Virus record (IMG/VR): IMGVR_UViG_3300022871_001550
Coordinates: 670 to 64,669 of that record
Direction: 5' to 3' (one strand)
Source: a virus
Lineage: Duplodnaviria; Caudoviricetes
DNA length: 64,000 nt
The position numbers and the translations under genes were made by a program. The number at the start of each line of letters is the position of its first letter. The stretch's first letter is position 1. Below are positions 10,726 to 22,094 of this stretch, in pieces. The notes under the pieces are model-generated. The model had not been told where the DNA came from. It was given only the letters and a program-made list of their open reading frames with translations, and searched no databases.

Positions 10726-11558
10726 TATCTATTTACGTCAATGTTATAATATGCTGCTTTAGAGATTAAATTACTCCAGACAGTTTCGATTTTATCAATA
10801 TAATAAACCAACTCTTCTTGAGAATCAACATCTGTTTGCTCTAACAATTCATTATATCCTACTTCAGAAAACCACTGTCTAATTTCTGCTTCGTTTTGAA
10901 ATTTTATATCAACTAATTTGATTGTGATATTATCTGTTTCGTTAGGGCGATACCTCATCCAATTGCCTTCTTGGTAGCTATCAACACTTAAAGGGATTGC
11001 GGGGGTACAAAAAAATCCTCCTATCTTTTCATTAGCATCAATATAATCAAATTCTATAGTATAAATACCGTCATACGGAGAACCCCCTTCTAAAATAACC
11101 TTAGATGTTCCAGGTCGAGTTTCTTTTCTGTCTTCATCATCAATCATAAGTCCTATTTTTCCATAATATCTACTAGTTGTAGGCAATAATAATGATTCCA
11201 TATATCCAAGCTTATATTCTTCTAAAACCTGAACGTTTTCTATGTTTTTTTCAATATATTCTATCATTTTAATTGTTAAATCATCTCCAGAATTTGTTTT
11301 TATTCTTGATATGCCTTCGAATATTCCCATTTCAATGAAGAAAGGATTAATTTCTTGTCTTTCTATTTTTAAAGTTTTTTCATCCTTCTTTATATCTACA
11401 TAATCTATAATCTCAAATGTTCTAGTTAATAAAATGGGAATATATAGGTCCTCATATCTATTGGACGCTGTTGGTCGTGAGCTATTAAAATCAAAAGCTA
11501 GTTTTTTTTTCGGCTTTAATTTTATTTTCTTTTGTATGTATTGATTATTTAAATTCAT
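10725..11558 (-). CDS. Hypothetical protein
   Basis: 277-aa ORF; its stop overlaps the next start (TAATG). Confidence 0.6.
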   Translation of the reverse strand: MNLNNQYIQKKIKLKPKKKLAFDFNSSRPTASNRYEDLYIPILLTRTFEIIDYVDIKKDEKTLKIERQEINPFFIEMGIFEGISRIKTNSGDDLTIKMIEYIEKNIENVQVLEEYKLGYMESLLLPTTSRYYGKIGLMIDDEDRKETRPGTSKVILEGGSPYDGIYTIEFDYIDANEKIGGFFCTPAIPLSVDSYQEGNWMRYRPNETDNITIKLVDIKFQNEAEIRQWFSEVGYNELLEQTDVDSQEELVYYIDKIETVWSNLISKAAYYNIDVNR

Positions 11559-11566
11559 TATTTTTT

Positions 11567-12280
11567 TTAAAAATTACAATTATTAGTATTACAATATAAT
11601 GCACTTTTCATAACAACTGATTCCGTAAGAATAAATCCATACCCATTTTCAACATACTCTCCATCTAATAATATTTTAGTACTATCTCCATCAATAAAAG
11701 CACAATCTTGTTGACAAACTAGTTCTCCCTGTTCAGAGCCAAGAATTCTTATTAAAGAACCATAAGGATAATAAACACTTTGTCCTCCGAATAAAATTGG
11801 TTCTTGAGAATCATTTACTTCAAATCGAACAGAACCCCCTGCGGCAGCTATAATTTTAACATCATCAGGTTGAAAATTAATTAATATATTTTTATTAGCA
11901 TTCATTATAAAAGTAAAACTATTACCAGAAACAATTCCTTCACTTCCGCTGAAAGATTCTAATGTAAATCCGACATTACTAGAAGCGCTAATAGTAACAG
12001 TAGAATTTTCTAAATATTGTCCACCATCTTGTACAGGCTGTATTGTAAAATTACCTCCATTTATATTTGCATCAACTATCAATGTATAAATATTTGGAAT
12101 TGATGTTGTGTCTTCAAAAGAATTTAATATTTCAGGAGTTGGGCACATAATATAATCCGTAACTGGCGCCACATAATCTACATCATTTGAACTATTGATT
12201 TTTTTGAGACCTGTTGGTTTTCCATTATCAATATAACGCTCAATTAATTGTGTATATATTTTTTTCCCTGTTTTTATCAT
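11567..12280 (-). CDS. Protein with a divergent InlB B-repeat/bacterial repeat domain
   Basis: YTLIVDANINGG...GQYLENSTVTISASSNVGFTLESFSG...FTFIMNANKNILINF. Confidence 0.55.
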   Translation of the reverse strand: MIKTGKKIYTQLIERYIDNGKPTGLKKINSSNDVDYVAPVTDYIMCPTPEILNSFEDTTSIPNIYTLIVDANINGGNFTIQPVQDGGQYLENSTVTISASSNVGFTLESFSGSEGIVSGNSFTFIMNANKNILINFQPDDVKIIAAAGGSVRFEVNDSQEPILFGGQSVYYPYGSLIRILGSEQGELVCQQDCAFIDGDSTKILLDGEYVENGYGFILTESVVMKSALYCNTNNCNF

Positions 12281-12306
12281 AATATACTAATAAATATGTT
12301 TTATTT

Positions 12307-13038
12307 TTATAATTCAATAACGCTAATATTTAAACTAGCAGGGTCAACTTCTTCACAATATGCAGACGACTCTTCGGGCACCCATTCTTTTTGTCTAATT
12401 TTATTTATAACTATTTTATTATTTATCCAATGTTTATTATAAAAGAAATCAAAGTCATTATCAACCTCTATAATATTTCCATCTATGTCCAAAAAGGCCT
12501 CACTAGAACCATATGGTATAAGAGATTCTATTGATTGTGCCATTAAGTTAAAAGTATTATATTTAAATACAAGTTGTTTCTCAAAAAGATTTTGATAGGT
12601 TGTATTTACGCCTGGGATAAAAATATAAACATAATCAGAATCTAAATATTCATCTAACTCAATTAAGTATTTTCCCTTTTTTTTATTAAAAATATTTTTA
12701 CATTCCCAATCTTGTGAAACAAGCCTGGTTGTTTTTACAGTTTGAACATATCCTGAGCTCCAAATTCCTATAGATTCTCCCTCTGGAACTCTATCAAATA
12801 CAAATAAATCTAAATCATTGCAATCTACAAATGGAGACTCTATGATTCCATAGATTCTAAAATTTCTACATTCATTTCTCTCTTTTTTATATTGTTTTAA
12901 TAAATCAAAAGAATTAACATATTTATCTGGTAAAATTTCTTTCGAATCTCTCGAAAGCTGAATGTTTAAGAAAATATCTTTTAAAACTCTTTCTTTAATA
13001 TCTTTATTCCCTAATAATATTTTTTTTCTATTAATCAT
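12307..13038 (-). CDS. Hypothetical virion-associated protein
   Basis: 243-aa ORF in the same operon as the gp25- and gp6-like genes. Confidence 0.6.
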   Translation of the reverse strand: MINRKKILLGNKDIKERVLKDIFLNIQLSRDSKEILPDKYVNSFDLLKQYKKERNECRNFRIYGIIESPFVDCNDLDLFVFDRVPEGESIGIWSSGYVQTVKTTRLVSQDWECKNIFNKKKGKYLIELDEYLDSDYVYIFIPGVNTTYQNLFEKQLVFKYNTFNLMAQSIESLIPYGSSEAFLDIDGNIIEVDNDFDFFYNKHWINNKIVINKIRQKEWVPEESSAYCEEVDPASLNISVIEL

Positions 13039-13047
13039 AATTTAAAA

Positions 13048-16000
13048 TTAATTTAGCCATTCTCCATGGTAATAACCATCATATGCGGCACACCAACTAG
13101 TTTCATTTGATAGTGCGCTTTCTGCTTTTTGTTTTCCAACATCAATCCCTAATATCGTAGATGAATCACCATTAATAAAATAAAAACCATCTACGGTAAT
13201 AATGTTACCATTTATAAAACTAGTAGAGCTTGAACAGCTTGTTCTAGTTTTTATATTACTCAATCTAGTTGTCACATAAAAAATTTCATTACTATTTATT
13301 TCAGCATCTTCTTGAAAATCAATATTATATTTATCCATGTTACTACAATTAACATATTCATCGCCATTTGTTCCATATTTTGGAATTGTTACAGCATAAA
13401 AAGAAAAAGAATAATCAAATTTTGCCCAAATAGGACCTTCATTTTCGCTAATTCCTCGTTCTGCATTTGATTCTAATTCTATAATCATATTATCCCAAGT
13501 GTCTATATCCTCTGCAAATATAGGGTCACTATCTGTACCACTAGCAATAACATATGTTATACTATTAACTTTTACCGTTGCTGTTGTAGCGCCATTGTTT
13601 TTTATAGTCATGTAGGCTTTGTTTTGAAGCCCTGCGGTACGCCCTTGTTTTATATCTGTCCAATAAGTCCAACAATCTTGGTCTCCATTATTATCTTTTC
13701 TCATTTTTGAGCTTCGTACCGTAGTTCTCGCATTTTGAATTCTTGTCCTTTGAAAATCTATTTTACACTTGTAGCTAATAACATTAGAAGTTTGAATTAA
13801 ACTATAAACTTCAGTAGGGTCTGCAATACTTCCTGGATTTACTATTCTATAAATTGATAAAGCTCCCTGGTTTTTATTATTTCTATAATCGCCTTCATCA
13901 TCATAATCCATCCTAAGAGCACAGGTGTGACCCTCATCAAAAATTACCCCATAGTTATTTAAGGATTTTGAGAAATAAAAATCTTCATCTGCTCCCTCGC
14001 TATTATTTAACATAAATCCAGTTTTTCCACTTAATATTGTATTGGCGGCTCTATAGTTATCATATTCACACGAATAATCAAAACCATATCTTGCTCCAAC
14101 TCTAGGTAAACCAAACGGATGTAAATAATAACCATGTCCAGCTTCAACTCTTTGATATTCTTCTCCATTGTCAACATGTGAAAATGGTTTAGGTGACATT
14201 TCATCATTATAATTTATATAAGAATCTTCTTCTTGAAAGTATCCATTTGCATACATTCCAAATTGCTTAAACGGAGAATATTCATAATGATACAGTTCAC
14301 TATTTGTAATATAATAACTAAATGAAGTGGCATACCAATCATTATCAATAGCAGTTCCACCTTCAGTGTTCCTCCCAAATCTAGCATGTCCAAATCCACC
14401 TGTAGGAATACTACCATAATCGGGATTATGTCCCAATCCTATACCAACAAGATGTCCATCTGTATAGCTTGGAGATTCAATAAGATTATAACTACGAATA
14501 CCATGAGTTATCACACGAGGCAAAACTGAAATAAAAGGCTTTTTTGGAATTGAATATTTTGTAGGGTAATTTATCGACCAAGATTTTTCAAAAGGAAAAT
14601 TTCCTAATCTAACTTTGTCATTATTTATACTTGAACTAATATCAATATCAGGACCACTATCCCCTCCATCTGGAAATTCACTATTTATATGATAGTTATC
14701 TCTTGAATTATTATATTCTTCATTCGATAAATAAAAACCAGTAGTTCTATATGCAGTATTAGGATTGGCATGATACATTTTAAATTGATAAGAACATAAC
14801 CATACTCCTTTTTGATGCATTCCGTTTTTGGGAATTCCGCTAGATTGTGTTTTATAGCCATTTGGGTCATAAATATTAGCAGGTATTCTAATGGCATTAT
14901 AACCAAATTTTCTAAACTCAACTCTATCTCTTATTTGAGAAAACTCATTTTGCCAAGACATAACGTTTATCTTCCCCTCTTTTCTATCCAACATGTCCTC
15001 AACTTGAACCATTTGAACAGACTTGTTTGAGTTTTTGATTTCAGCTGGAGATATTTTAGTCATATCTCTAACTTCCACTGTCAATGGAGTTGGTATAACC
15101 CGTAAAAGAGCGGGGTCTCCTATTTTAAAAAAAACACCCTCAGAACTATTATCATCTCTATCTAAAACAACTTCTCCAATATCTCCCTCATCTTTAAAAG
15201 AACCATTGTCTTGAAAATATCTACTTTTAATACCTTGTATTTTATTACAAGCTGGTGGGAAAAAATATGTTGCCCATTTTCTCAAATCCAAATTTGCCTT
15301 AATGTTAACTTCTGTATATCCAGATTGTATTTCTCCCCATGCAGGAACAACATCTATTGGAATTTGTCGAAAGAAGAAATGTGGAACTGAACCTATATTT
15401 TCATCTTTGTTTCCACTGTATGGATAGAAATTTAAAGCAACTTCATCTTGAGTCATTCCTTGTTGCAGCAAATCTACTTCAAACATTAACGTTTGAGCTC
15501 CTACTGGAACATCATGAATAATAAATTCCCCATATTCGTTAGTTAAAACTGTATTTTGAAATTCTGCAGGCATTTCAATCAATGGATTATTTTCATCAAA
15601 AATATAATCATTCATGTTTGGCAAATAATTATTGAAATCTGATTGATATGTTAGTGCGTCAAAATAATAATTTTGATTTGGCCATGAATCATCTGGAGAT
15701 TTAAAATTAAGTCTTATTCTATTTCCATCTTTGTCAACATCAGAGACACTTCCAAATTTATTGCCAGGTTGAAAAATTCCAATTGGAACTCCAATGAGAG
15801 GAACTCTTACAAAATTTCCTTCTTCATCTTTAATTTTCTGAATCGCCTCTAATTTTCCAAACACAACTCCAACCTGAGCATTTCGAACAGGAAATTCTTT
15901 ATATGCCTTATTATAAGTACTTAGTGTGTTTAATATATCAAAGCTTCTTTCAAGTTTTATATTTACAGAAAAGTCATCTAGGAGTTTTTCCTGTACAAAG

Positions 16001-16386
16001 GTAAAGTTTTCTGATTGACCTGAAAATATATCATACATCTGGTCGTTAAAATGTTCACTAATAGACCTTGGAATTGCATCTATACCTTCTGAAAATTGAG
16101 AAAATGTCCTTCCAGTTATCATTCTGCCTCCTGGTGGTATTTCTTGTAATCTTTGAATATTATCTTCTCCGCTAACGTGCCAAACTTCTATTTGATTTGA
16201 CGTGGTTATTGCAGTGTTGCCTTGAAATTCAGAAGCAACAATCATCTTCATGGGACTATCAAAACTATCTAAATATAAAGCAGCAGGAATTGATGATATT
16301 GGATAATTATTTTCCGAAATCATGGTATCAAAATACGTAATAGTAGTACCTGTTCTATATTTTTTTAATAGTATATCTTCTTGCAT
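13048..16386 (-). CDS. Large baseplate-associated structural protein
   Basis: 1112 aa, directly downstream of the gp6-like gene; VVFGKL...PLIGVPIGIF...TVLTNEYGEFIIHDVPVGAQTL is a transthyretin-like segment. Confidence 0.55.
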   Translation of the reverse strand: MQEDILLKKYRTGTTITYFDTMISENNYPISSIPAALYLDSFDSPMKMIVASEFQGNTAITTSNQIEVWHVSGEDNIQRLQEIPPGGRMITGRTFSQFSEGIDAIPRSISEHFNDQMYDIFSGQSENFTFVQEKLLDDFSVNIKLERSFDILNTLSTYNKAYKEFPVRNAQVGVVFGKLEAIQKIKDEEGNFVRVPLIGVPIGIFQPGNKFGSVSDVDKDGNRIRLNFKSPDDSWPNQNYYFDALTYQSDFNNYLPNMNDYIFDENNPLIEMPAEFQNTVLTNEYGEFIIHDVPVGAQTLMFEVDLLQQGMTQDEVALNFYPYSGNKDENIGSVPHFFFRQIPIDVVPAWGEIQSGYTEVNIKANLDLRKWATYFFPPACNKIQGIKSRYFQDNGSFKDEGDIGEVVLDRDDNSSEGVFFKIGDPALLRVIPTPLTVEVRDMTKISPAEIKNSNKSVQMVQVEDMLDRKEGKINVMSWQNEFSQIRDRVEFRKFGYNAIRIPANIYDPNGYKTQSSGIPKNGMHQKGVWLCSYQFKMYHANPNTAYRTTGFYLSNEEYNNSRDNYHINSEFPDGGDSGPDIDISSSINNDKVRLGNFPFEKSWSINYPTKYSIPKKPFISVLPRVITHGIRSYNLIESPSYTDGHLVGIGLGHNPDYGSIPTGGFGHARFGRNTEGGTAIDNDWYATSFSYYITNSELYHYEYSPFKQFGMYANGYFQEEDSYINYNDEMSPKPFSHVDNGEEYQRVEAGHGYYLHPFGLPRVGARYGFDYSCEYDNYRAANTILSGKTGFMLNNSEGADEDFYFSKSLNNYGVIFDEGHTCALRMDYDDEGDYRNNKNQGALSIYRIVNPGSIADPTEVYSLIQTSNVISYKCKIDFQRTRIQNARTTVRSSKMRKDNNGDQDCWTYWTDIKQGRTAGLQNKAYMTIKNNGATTATVKVNSITYVIASGTDSDPIFAEDIDTWDNMIIELESNAERGISENEGPIWAKFDYSFSFYAVTIPKYGTNGDEYVNCSNMDKYNIDFQEDAEINSNEIFYVTTRLSNIKTRTSCSSSTSFINGNIITVDGFYFINGDSSTILGIDVGKQKAESALSNETSWCAAYDGYYHGEWLN

Positions 16387-16404
16387 TATATTTTAAATTA
16401 GTAA

Positions 16405-18318
16405 CTAACTGCCTGTTGAAATTCTTATTTTTATGTCTTTCTCGGGATATTTTATTTCGAACATCGAAAGCGGTGTTCCGATAATAGCATTATCAATATA
16501 TTCAATTTGAGTTGTATATGAACCCGTATTTGGGTCTCCTGTTCGAGGACCAATTGCCTGTGCAGATAAAGTATTAGAATACAATCCTCTCTCACGATTA
16601 TAAAACCTAACGTCTACAACATTTATAACTCCAGGTGTTTCTCTTAACTCATCAACAATTTGAGAAATATAAATATTTTGATTCATTTCCCAATTATTTA
16701 TATCCATAAAATTTTTAATTTTATTTATAGCAGCTACCTTAATTTCACTAGAGTTAAAAGATTTATCTAAAAATAAATCCACTTGAATTTCTAAGTTTAT
16801 AATTTTTCCATCGTTTATTTCCACAAAATCGTTAACCATCCTAAATTCAGTCATATATCTTACTAAATTATTTTTCATGATATTGGTAGATAAATCAGAC
16901 AACTTTCCATTTCTATCCATTGTTAATACATAAAGTATAATTTTATTATCCTGCACCATCCCTTGAATTCTAAAAGGAGCGCCAAATTTCCCTGGAAGCT
17001 GATATGCTCTTGAAATATAATCTGGAAGAGTTACACATCTTTTTTGAGATGCAAAATTTGCTGCTATATAATTTTTAATTTCTGCAACAGTAGGTAAACC
17101 ACGTCCACCAAATGCTGGAATTGTATTATTTGCACTTAAAGAAGAAATTACCGCTTGACTAATTGCAGGATTAGCCCCTAAGCTTACAGCATCAACATTG
17201 CTTACTTCCTGTAGTGTATATGAACCTATATTACTTAAAGCTCCACCGCCAATTCTATATTTGATGTATATGGTTGAATTACCTTGTACCATTTCGCCTA
17301 GAGCACTAGGGTTAAGCAATAAAGATGAAGTATTTAAACTAGTTGTTTGATAACATCCGTTTGTGTTCGTTAATTCACTTAAATAATCATCAAAAGCATC
17401 AAAATTTTCAATACCACCACCAAAAGTTAATTTACACCTTCCATCAGATAAAAATTCTTTAGTAAATCTTTTAGTAATATCTAAATATTTTCCCGTTTTT
17501 ATTCCATTGACATCATCAACATCATCATTTTCAACAAAAACTTTACTTGTAGGCAAATAATCAACTTCCCAAAATTTCTTAGATAAATCTTCATAATCTG
17601 AAAAATCTGGAAATTTTGTTAAACCAACTCCATTTTCCACTTCAACGCCCATTATTTCTAACACATTGGTTTCTGGAAGAATTACAGAATAGAACGCCTT
17701 TTCATCACCTGTTTCTATTTCAACTTTATAGTTTCTTGTAATTCCCGCCTTAACAATTTCACGCTTTAAAATTTTATATTTAATAAGGTCTTGATTAGCA
17801 TTTAAGATAGGTTCAATTATCCTATTGGCCTTTCCGTTTTCACTGTAATCATTAGTAAAATCTATTTGATATTGTGTTTCAAATGATTGTCCTCCCCCTT
17901 TAACTCTTAAGCCAGGTCTCAATATTGGTGCATATGTATAGTCTGGACCATCTGCTGTTGCGGGAAGTTCAAGTGAAATATCTGCAATTGTAGAAGATGC
18001 CCTGACACCTGGGACTGAATACCCAAAGGTTTTAGCCATTCTGTAAACAGCTGCCCTCTGCTGAACACCGTCCAAAAATAGTTCATTATATTTTTTATCT
18101 ATTACATATGACAGTAAGTCTGCAACATATGCATTTATTTCAACCATAGCCATTCCTGGAGATGCTAAATTAAAATCTTGCCATTGTTCAGGAAAGAAAG
18201 CTTTTAGATAATTTATTAAATCATTTCTTACATTATAAAAGTCTCTACTAAGATAATTAACCTTTACTTTATTTATCAAATTTCCATTTGTAGACGAATG
18301 CGTGTTTATATTTGCCAT
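16405..18318 (-). CDS. gp6: Baseplate wedge subunit (T4 gp6/baseplate J-like)
   Basis: YLSRDF...DFNLASPGMAMVEINAYVADLLSY, YRIGGG..SNI and ASQKRCVTLPDY motifs; follows the gp25-like gene. Confidence 0.85.
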   Translation of the reverse strand: MANINTHSSTNGNLINKVKVNYLSRDFYNVRNDLINYLKAFFPEQWQDFNLASPGMAMVEINAYVADLLSYVIDKKYNELFLDGVQQRAAVYRMAKTFGYSVPGVRASSTIADISLELPATADGPDYTYAPILRPGLRVKGGGQSFETQYQIDFTNDYSENGKANRIIEPILNANQDLIKYKILKREIVKAGITRNYKVEIETGDEKAFYSVILPETNVLEIMGVEVENGVGLTKFPDFSDYEDLSKKFWEVDYLPTSKVFVENDDVDDVNGIKTGKYLDITKRFTKEFLSDGRCKLTFGGGIENFDAFDDYLSELTNTNGCYQTTSLNTSSLLLNPSALGEMVQGNSTIYIKYRIGGGALSNIGSYTLQEVSNVDAVSLGANPAISQAVISSLSANNTIPAFGGRGLPTVAEIKNYIAANFASQKRCVTLPDYISRAYQLPGKFGAPFRIQGMVQDNKIILYVLTMDRNGKLSDLSTNIMKNNLVRYMTEFRMVNDFVEINDGKIINLEIQVDLFLDKSFNSSEIKVAAINKIKNFMDINNWEMNQNIYISQIVDELRETPGVINVVDVRFYNRERGLYSNTLSAQAIGPRTGDPNTGSYTTQIEYIDNAIIGTPLSMFEIKYPEKDIKIRISTGS

Positions 18319-18329
18319 GTTTTTATTTT

Positions 18330-18710
18330 TTATTGTTCAAGTGGTAATGCAATTTCTACTGAATCTTCAATATTTAAATCATTTATTAAATATAAAACAT
18401 TAATAGATAACAAGTGAGTGTCTTCATTAAAGGAAAACTTAATATCTCTAATTGTTAGTTCTGAGAAAAACTTTTCTAAACTACTCATTAAAGCATCGTA
18501 AAGTTCACCTTCGGTAATTTCATCCCACGTCTCCATTATAAAATCAAATAAAGGGGAATATAAATCATTATGCATGACTCGCTGTCCCTTCTGAAGAGTT
18601 AGAAAAGCCATGAGGTTTGATTTTATTGCCCCTTCATTGGTTTTGACTACGCCTATTATGCCGCCTTCATTGGTTTCTTGGAATGGAAATTTAACTCCTA
18701 GTGATTTCAT
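18330..18710 (-). CDS. gp25: Baseplate wedge protein (T4 gp25-like)
   Basis: GVKFPF...IKSNLMAFLTLQKGQRVM..DLYSPLFDFIME; size and position next to the gp6-like gene. Confidence 0.85.
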   Translation of the reverse strand: MKSLGVKFPFQETNEGGIIGVVKTNEGAIKSNLMAFLTLQKGQRVMHNDLYSPLFDFIMETWDEITEGELYDALMSSLEKFFSELTIRDIKFSFNEDTHLLSINVLYLINDLNIEDSVEIALPLEQ

Positions 18711-18793
18711 AGTATTCTTTTGGTTTAAATATAAATATTAAACAAAAAAAAATAAAGAATTATAATTATAAGATATTTATAAGAAAATTAAAA

Positions 18794-20209
18794 ATGAGCA
18801 TATATCGAATTTATTCAGAAAAAAGTAATACAATTGCAAGTGGAGTGTTTCAAAATTTAAACTCTGGACAAAACGCTGTATCAGACCTTTGGTATGGTGG
18901 AGGAGGAGATGGGATAGCTCCTTTAAAAAGAAATTCTCTTAGTCGTTTGATGTTATATTTTGATATTTCTGTATTAGAAAATAAAATTTCAGAAAAAGAA
19001 ATTAATGAAGATTTAGTCCAAAATTACAAACTTCATCTAAAAAACTCAATACCTGCTGACTATGTTTTAGAACAAGAATATGAGCTAGTAACGTTAGACA
19101 AAAAAATTGCAGCATCTTTTGATTTAATTTGTTTTCCTATCAATAAAGATTGGGACCAAGGAAGAGGATACGATTTAATCGAAGAAAGGATTTTAGTAAA
19201 ACAATTGGGAAACACTTTAGTTTCAGGCACAAGCAATTGGAACTATGCATCAGAAAATATTACATGGGACGAGCCTGGAATTTATACTAATCCATCAGCA
19301 TCAACATCTTTCTGTTCTGCTCAACATTTTGACATTGGTAATGAAGACATTGAATTGGATGTGACTGATATCGTAAAAAACTGGCTTAGTGGAGGTTCTG
19401 AAAATTATGGAATCGCAATAGCCTATAATCGAATTTTTGAAATTGAAAGTGGTAGCACAAGATACGTTTCCTCTTTTTATACAGAAAATACAAACACGGC
19501 TTTTAAGCCATATCTTGAAGTTGTATATAATCAAACAATAAGAGATGACAGAAAACAAGTAACAAACAACAGGCCTTCTAATTTGTTTTTATACACATTT
19601 AGCGGACATACCCCTGCAAACATAAATATGTCTGCAGTTACAGTAGACATAAAAAAAGGCACCACAACCACTTATGCCGACTTAGTGCCAACTCAGCTAT
19701 CTAAAGGAGTATATTATGTAAATATATGGATGTCTGGGGGAACTCCTGGTGAAATATATACAGACACATGGAAAAATGTGAGCTTTTCTGCTTATGATAA
19801 CCAAGAAATAGAACAAAAATATCAAATTCAAAAAAACTATTATACAAGCAAAACACCAAGTATTAATGACTATACAATGGATATTTATGGAATTGATAAC
19901 AATGATATAATAAGACAAGATGAAAATATCAGAGTATTTTGTGACTTGCGAGTTAATTACAGTACAAATGCACCTGAAACATCTTATGATATAGAATATC
20001 AAATTTTAATGAATAATCAACTAGAAATATGCCCTTGGACTTGTGTAAATCAAATAGTACTAAGTGATTGTAATTCTAGTTATTTCGATTTAGATACATC
20101 TTGGCTTTTACAAAATCAAACATATCAAATTTTCTTTAGAATTAAGGAAATGGGAACAAGCAGAGTGTTGCCAGACAAATTACACTTTAAAGTAATTAAA
20201 CCTTTTTAA
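18794..20209 (+). CDS. Virion protein with a DNRLRE-like domain
   Basis: LSRLMLYFDIS...KDWDQGRG...SNW...W..PG...LDVTDIVKNWLSG..ENYGI...PYLEVVY pattern. Confidence 0.6.
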   Translation: MSIYRIYSEKSNTIASGVFQNLNSGQNAVSDLWYGGGGDGIAPLKRNSLSRLMLYFDISVLENKISEKEINEDLVQNYKLHLKNSIPADYVLEQEYELVTLDKKIAASFDLICFPINKDWDQGRGYDLIEERILVKQLGNTLVSGTSNWNYASENITWDEPGIYTNPSASTSFCSAQHFDIGNEDIELDVTDIVKNWLSGGSENYGIAIAYNRIFEIESGSTRYVSSFYTENTNTAFKPYLEVVYNQTIRDDRKQVTNNRPSNLFLYTFSGHTPANINMSAVTVDIKKGTTTTYADLVPTQLSKGVYYVNIWMSGGTPGEIYTDTWKNVSFSAYDNQEIEQKYQIQKNYYTSKTPSINDYTMDIYGIDNNDIIRQDENIRVFCDLRVNYSTNAPETSYDIEYQILMNNQLEICPWTCVNQIVLSDCNSSYFDLDTSWLLQNQTYQIFFRIKEMGTSRVLPDKLHFKVIKPF

Positions 20210-21525
20210 TTAATTCTTACATTATTAGAAAGTAAATTTTGTAATTTACCATCTAAGGTATAACGTTGTAACTCATCGGATATTGCTGTATTTAAAGGTG
20301 GATTTTGAGGCTGGTGAATATGATTTAGTAAATATCTAATAATCAAATCTAATAATTTAATTGTTTCATCTCCAAATGTAGACGGATGTAAGGAATCAGC
20401 TAAGACTCCCCATTTCTTTAATATGTCAACAGCTTCCACAGAGCTTAAATCTTTATTTCTAAATTTTCCATTTGGAGCATATAACGCCAAAACATTAGAC
20501 ACAAGCTCTCCTTGAGAAAAAGGTTCGATGATTTCTTGTGCAGTTTTAGGTATGCTTGAATAATATAAAACACTTGCACCTTCAAATTCAGGAATGTCCG
20601 ATGACTCAAATCCCCATAGGGTATATTTGCTCTTATATTCTTCAATTTTAGATTTTAAAAAGTCTATAGAATCCGTTCTTTTCTTTGATGTGTCTGTCTC
20701 CTCTTCGATTGTATATTCTTCCAGTGTATCATCTTCTAGTATATCAAAATAAACTACTCTTATGTTTGCGATAAACGCTTCCTGTGTTTCTTTAAGAATA
20801 ATTTTAATTAAATGAGTTGGTTCTGGAAAAGACTGAACTTCTGGAATAGTTGGTGCAAGATTTATTTGTTTTAAATTTAAAAAAGAAGGGGTTTTCGTAT
20901 TTATCGAATAGGTTTGACTATTAAATTTACCAGCTACTAATAAAGCTTCTCTGCTCCTTAAGATTAAGTCTGCATCATTTCTGCCCTGAACTGCTACGTC
21001 TGAATCTTGTGGAAAAACACGTTGTATATCTAGTGGAGATGATTCAATTTTTCTATTTGTATAGAATTTGGTTTTATCAAATAATTTTACAGAATCTTCA
21101 TAAGACTGACTTCTTAACTTTAATTTAGATGTTATAATAGGACCAATCCAATATCTAACTGAACTAATATCTTTGGGGTTTTCTAATATTACAAATACCA
21201 TTTCTCCAACCTGAGGTTTAACAAAGAAAAATTGCGGAAGAAAAGGAATGCACATAACAAGGTCATCATCAGGAATGCCTCTATCTGCTCCAGAAAAAGT
21301 ATTATAATCAGTGCTGTTATCTGATGTTTTTCCCATGATGGTGCCATCTTCATCGTTTATAGCTACAATTCGAGCTCGAATTCTATTTTGTTCAGCATCA
21401 TCTCTTGTGCCCCCAGGCACAACGATAGCTGGATATAAATTTCGTTCCCTGGCAAATTCCCCAGAAAACCCCCCTTGACCAAGATTGGTCAGGCTTGATT
21501 TAACTAATTTATCTGGTTTACCCAT
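20206..21525 (-). CDS. Baseplate central spike/hub (gp5/Vgr OB-fold-like)
   Basis: DDAEQNRIRARI...PFLPQFFFVKPQVGEMVFV...RYWIGP OB-fold signature; C-terminal HIH metal-binding tip motif. Confidence 0.7.
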   Translation of the reverse strand: MGKPDKLVKSSLTNLGQGGFSGEFARERNLYPAIVVPGGTRDDAEQNRIRARIVAINDEDGTIMGKTSDNSTDYNTFSGADRGIPDDDLVMCIPFLPQFFFVKPQVGEMVFVILENPKDISSVRYWIGPIITSKLKLRSQSYEDSVKLFDKTKFYTNRKIESSPLDIQRVFPQDSDVAVQGRNDADLILRSREALLVAGKFNSQTYSINTKTPSFLNLKQINLAPTIPEVQSFPEPTHLIKIILKETQEAFIANIRVVYFDILEDDTLEEYTIEEETDTSKKRTDSIDFLKSKIEEYKSKYTLWGFESSDIPEFEGASVLYYSSIPKTAQEIIEPFSQGELVSNVLALYAPNGKFRNKDLSSVEAVDILKKWGVLADSLHPSTFGDETIKLLDLIIRYLLNHIHQPQNPPLNTAISDELQRYTLDGKLQNLLSNNVRIN

Positions 21526-21673
21526 TTCTAATTTCTTTAATTTTTAAAGTTTTTTCACTAATTTGTCTGTCAATGACATCTAATTCATTTAACATTTGAT
21601 TGACGACATCTTTTAATTCTTCGCCCTTATCAACTAATTCTTGTATTTCTACTAATAATTTTGCTTCGTTCAT
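21518..21673 (-). CDS. Small coiled-coil protein (51 aa)
   Basis: MNEAKLLVEIQELVDKGEELKDVVNQMLNELDVIDRQISEKTLKIKEIRNG fills the gap between its neighbours and overlaps the next start; below the ORF-track size cutoff. Confidence 0.65.
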   Translation of the reverse strand: MNEAKLLVEIQELVDKGEELKDVVNQMLNELDVIDRQISEKTLKIKEIRNG

Positions 21674-21674
21674 A

Positions 21675-22094
21675 TTATCTTGCTACTCCCACTCCTGTTT
21701 GGGCATTAACGGTTGACCCTACTGATGCGACTGGTCCACCTGCATTCGCTCCAGCTGCTTGTATAGTTCCACCTGGAAAAACGGCAACGTCAACTCTCAT
21801 TTGATTTTGAATGGCGTCTACAACCTCTTCAGACAATATTACAGTAAAAGCCTCCATAACATTAGTAGCTCCATTTACAAGTGGTCCAGAAGGAATTCCA
21901 GCTTCTTTGAATCGTTTCATAATGTTGGTTGCTAGATTGTCTGCATTAAGACCATTTCTAAGCTGTTTTTGAGCTAAAATCTCATATGTTGTTAAATTCC
22001 TTGTAAACGAAAAAGAATCGGATACAAACGTTAACATTAAGTCTGCTATCTCTTCCGAGATATTTAAACTGTCATCAATTGGAATTAGTGCCAT
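21675..22094 (-). CDS. Hypothetical baseplate-associated protein
   Basis: 139 aa with a Gly-rich C-terminus (GANAGGPVASVG); overlaps the upstream gene. Confidence 0.55.
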   Translation of the reverse strand: MALIPIDDSLNISEEIADLMLTFVSDSFSFTRNLTTYEILAQKQLRNGLNADNLATNIMKRFKEAGIPSGPLVNGATNVMEAFTVILSEEVVDAIQNQMRVDVAVFPGGTIQAAGANAGGPVASVGSTVNAQTGVGVAR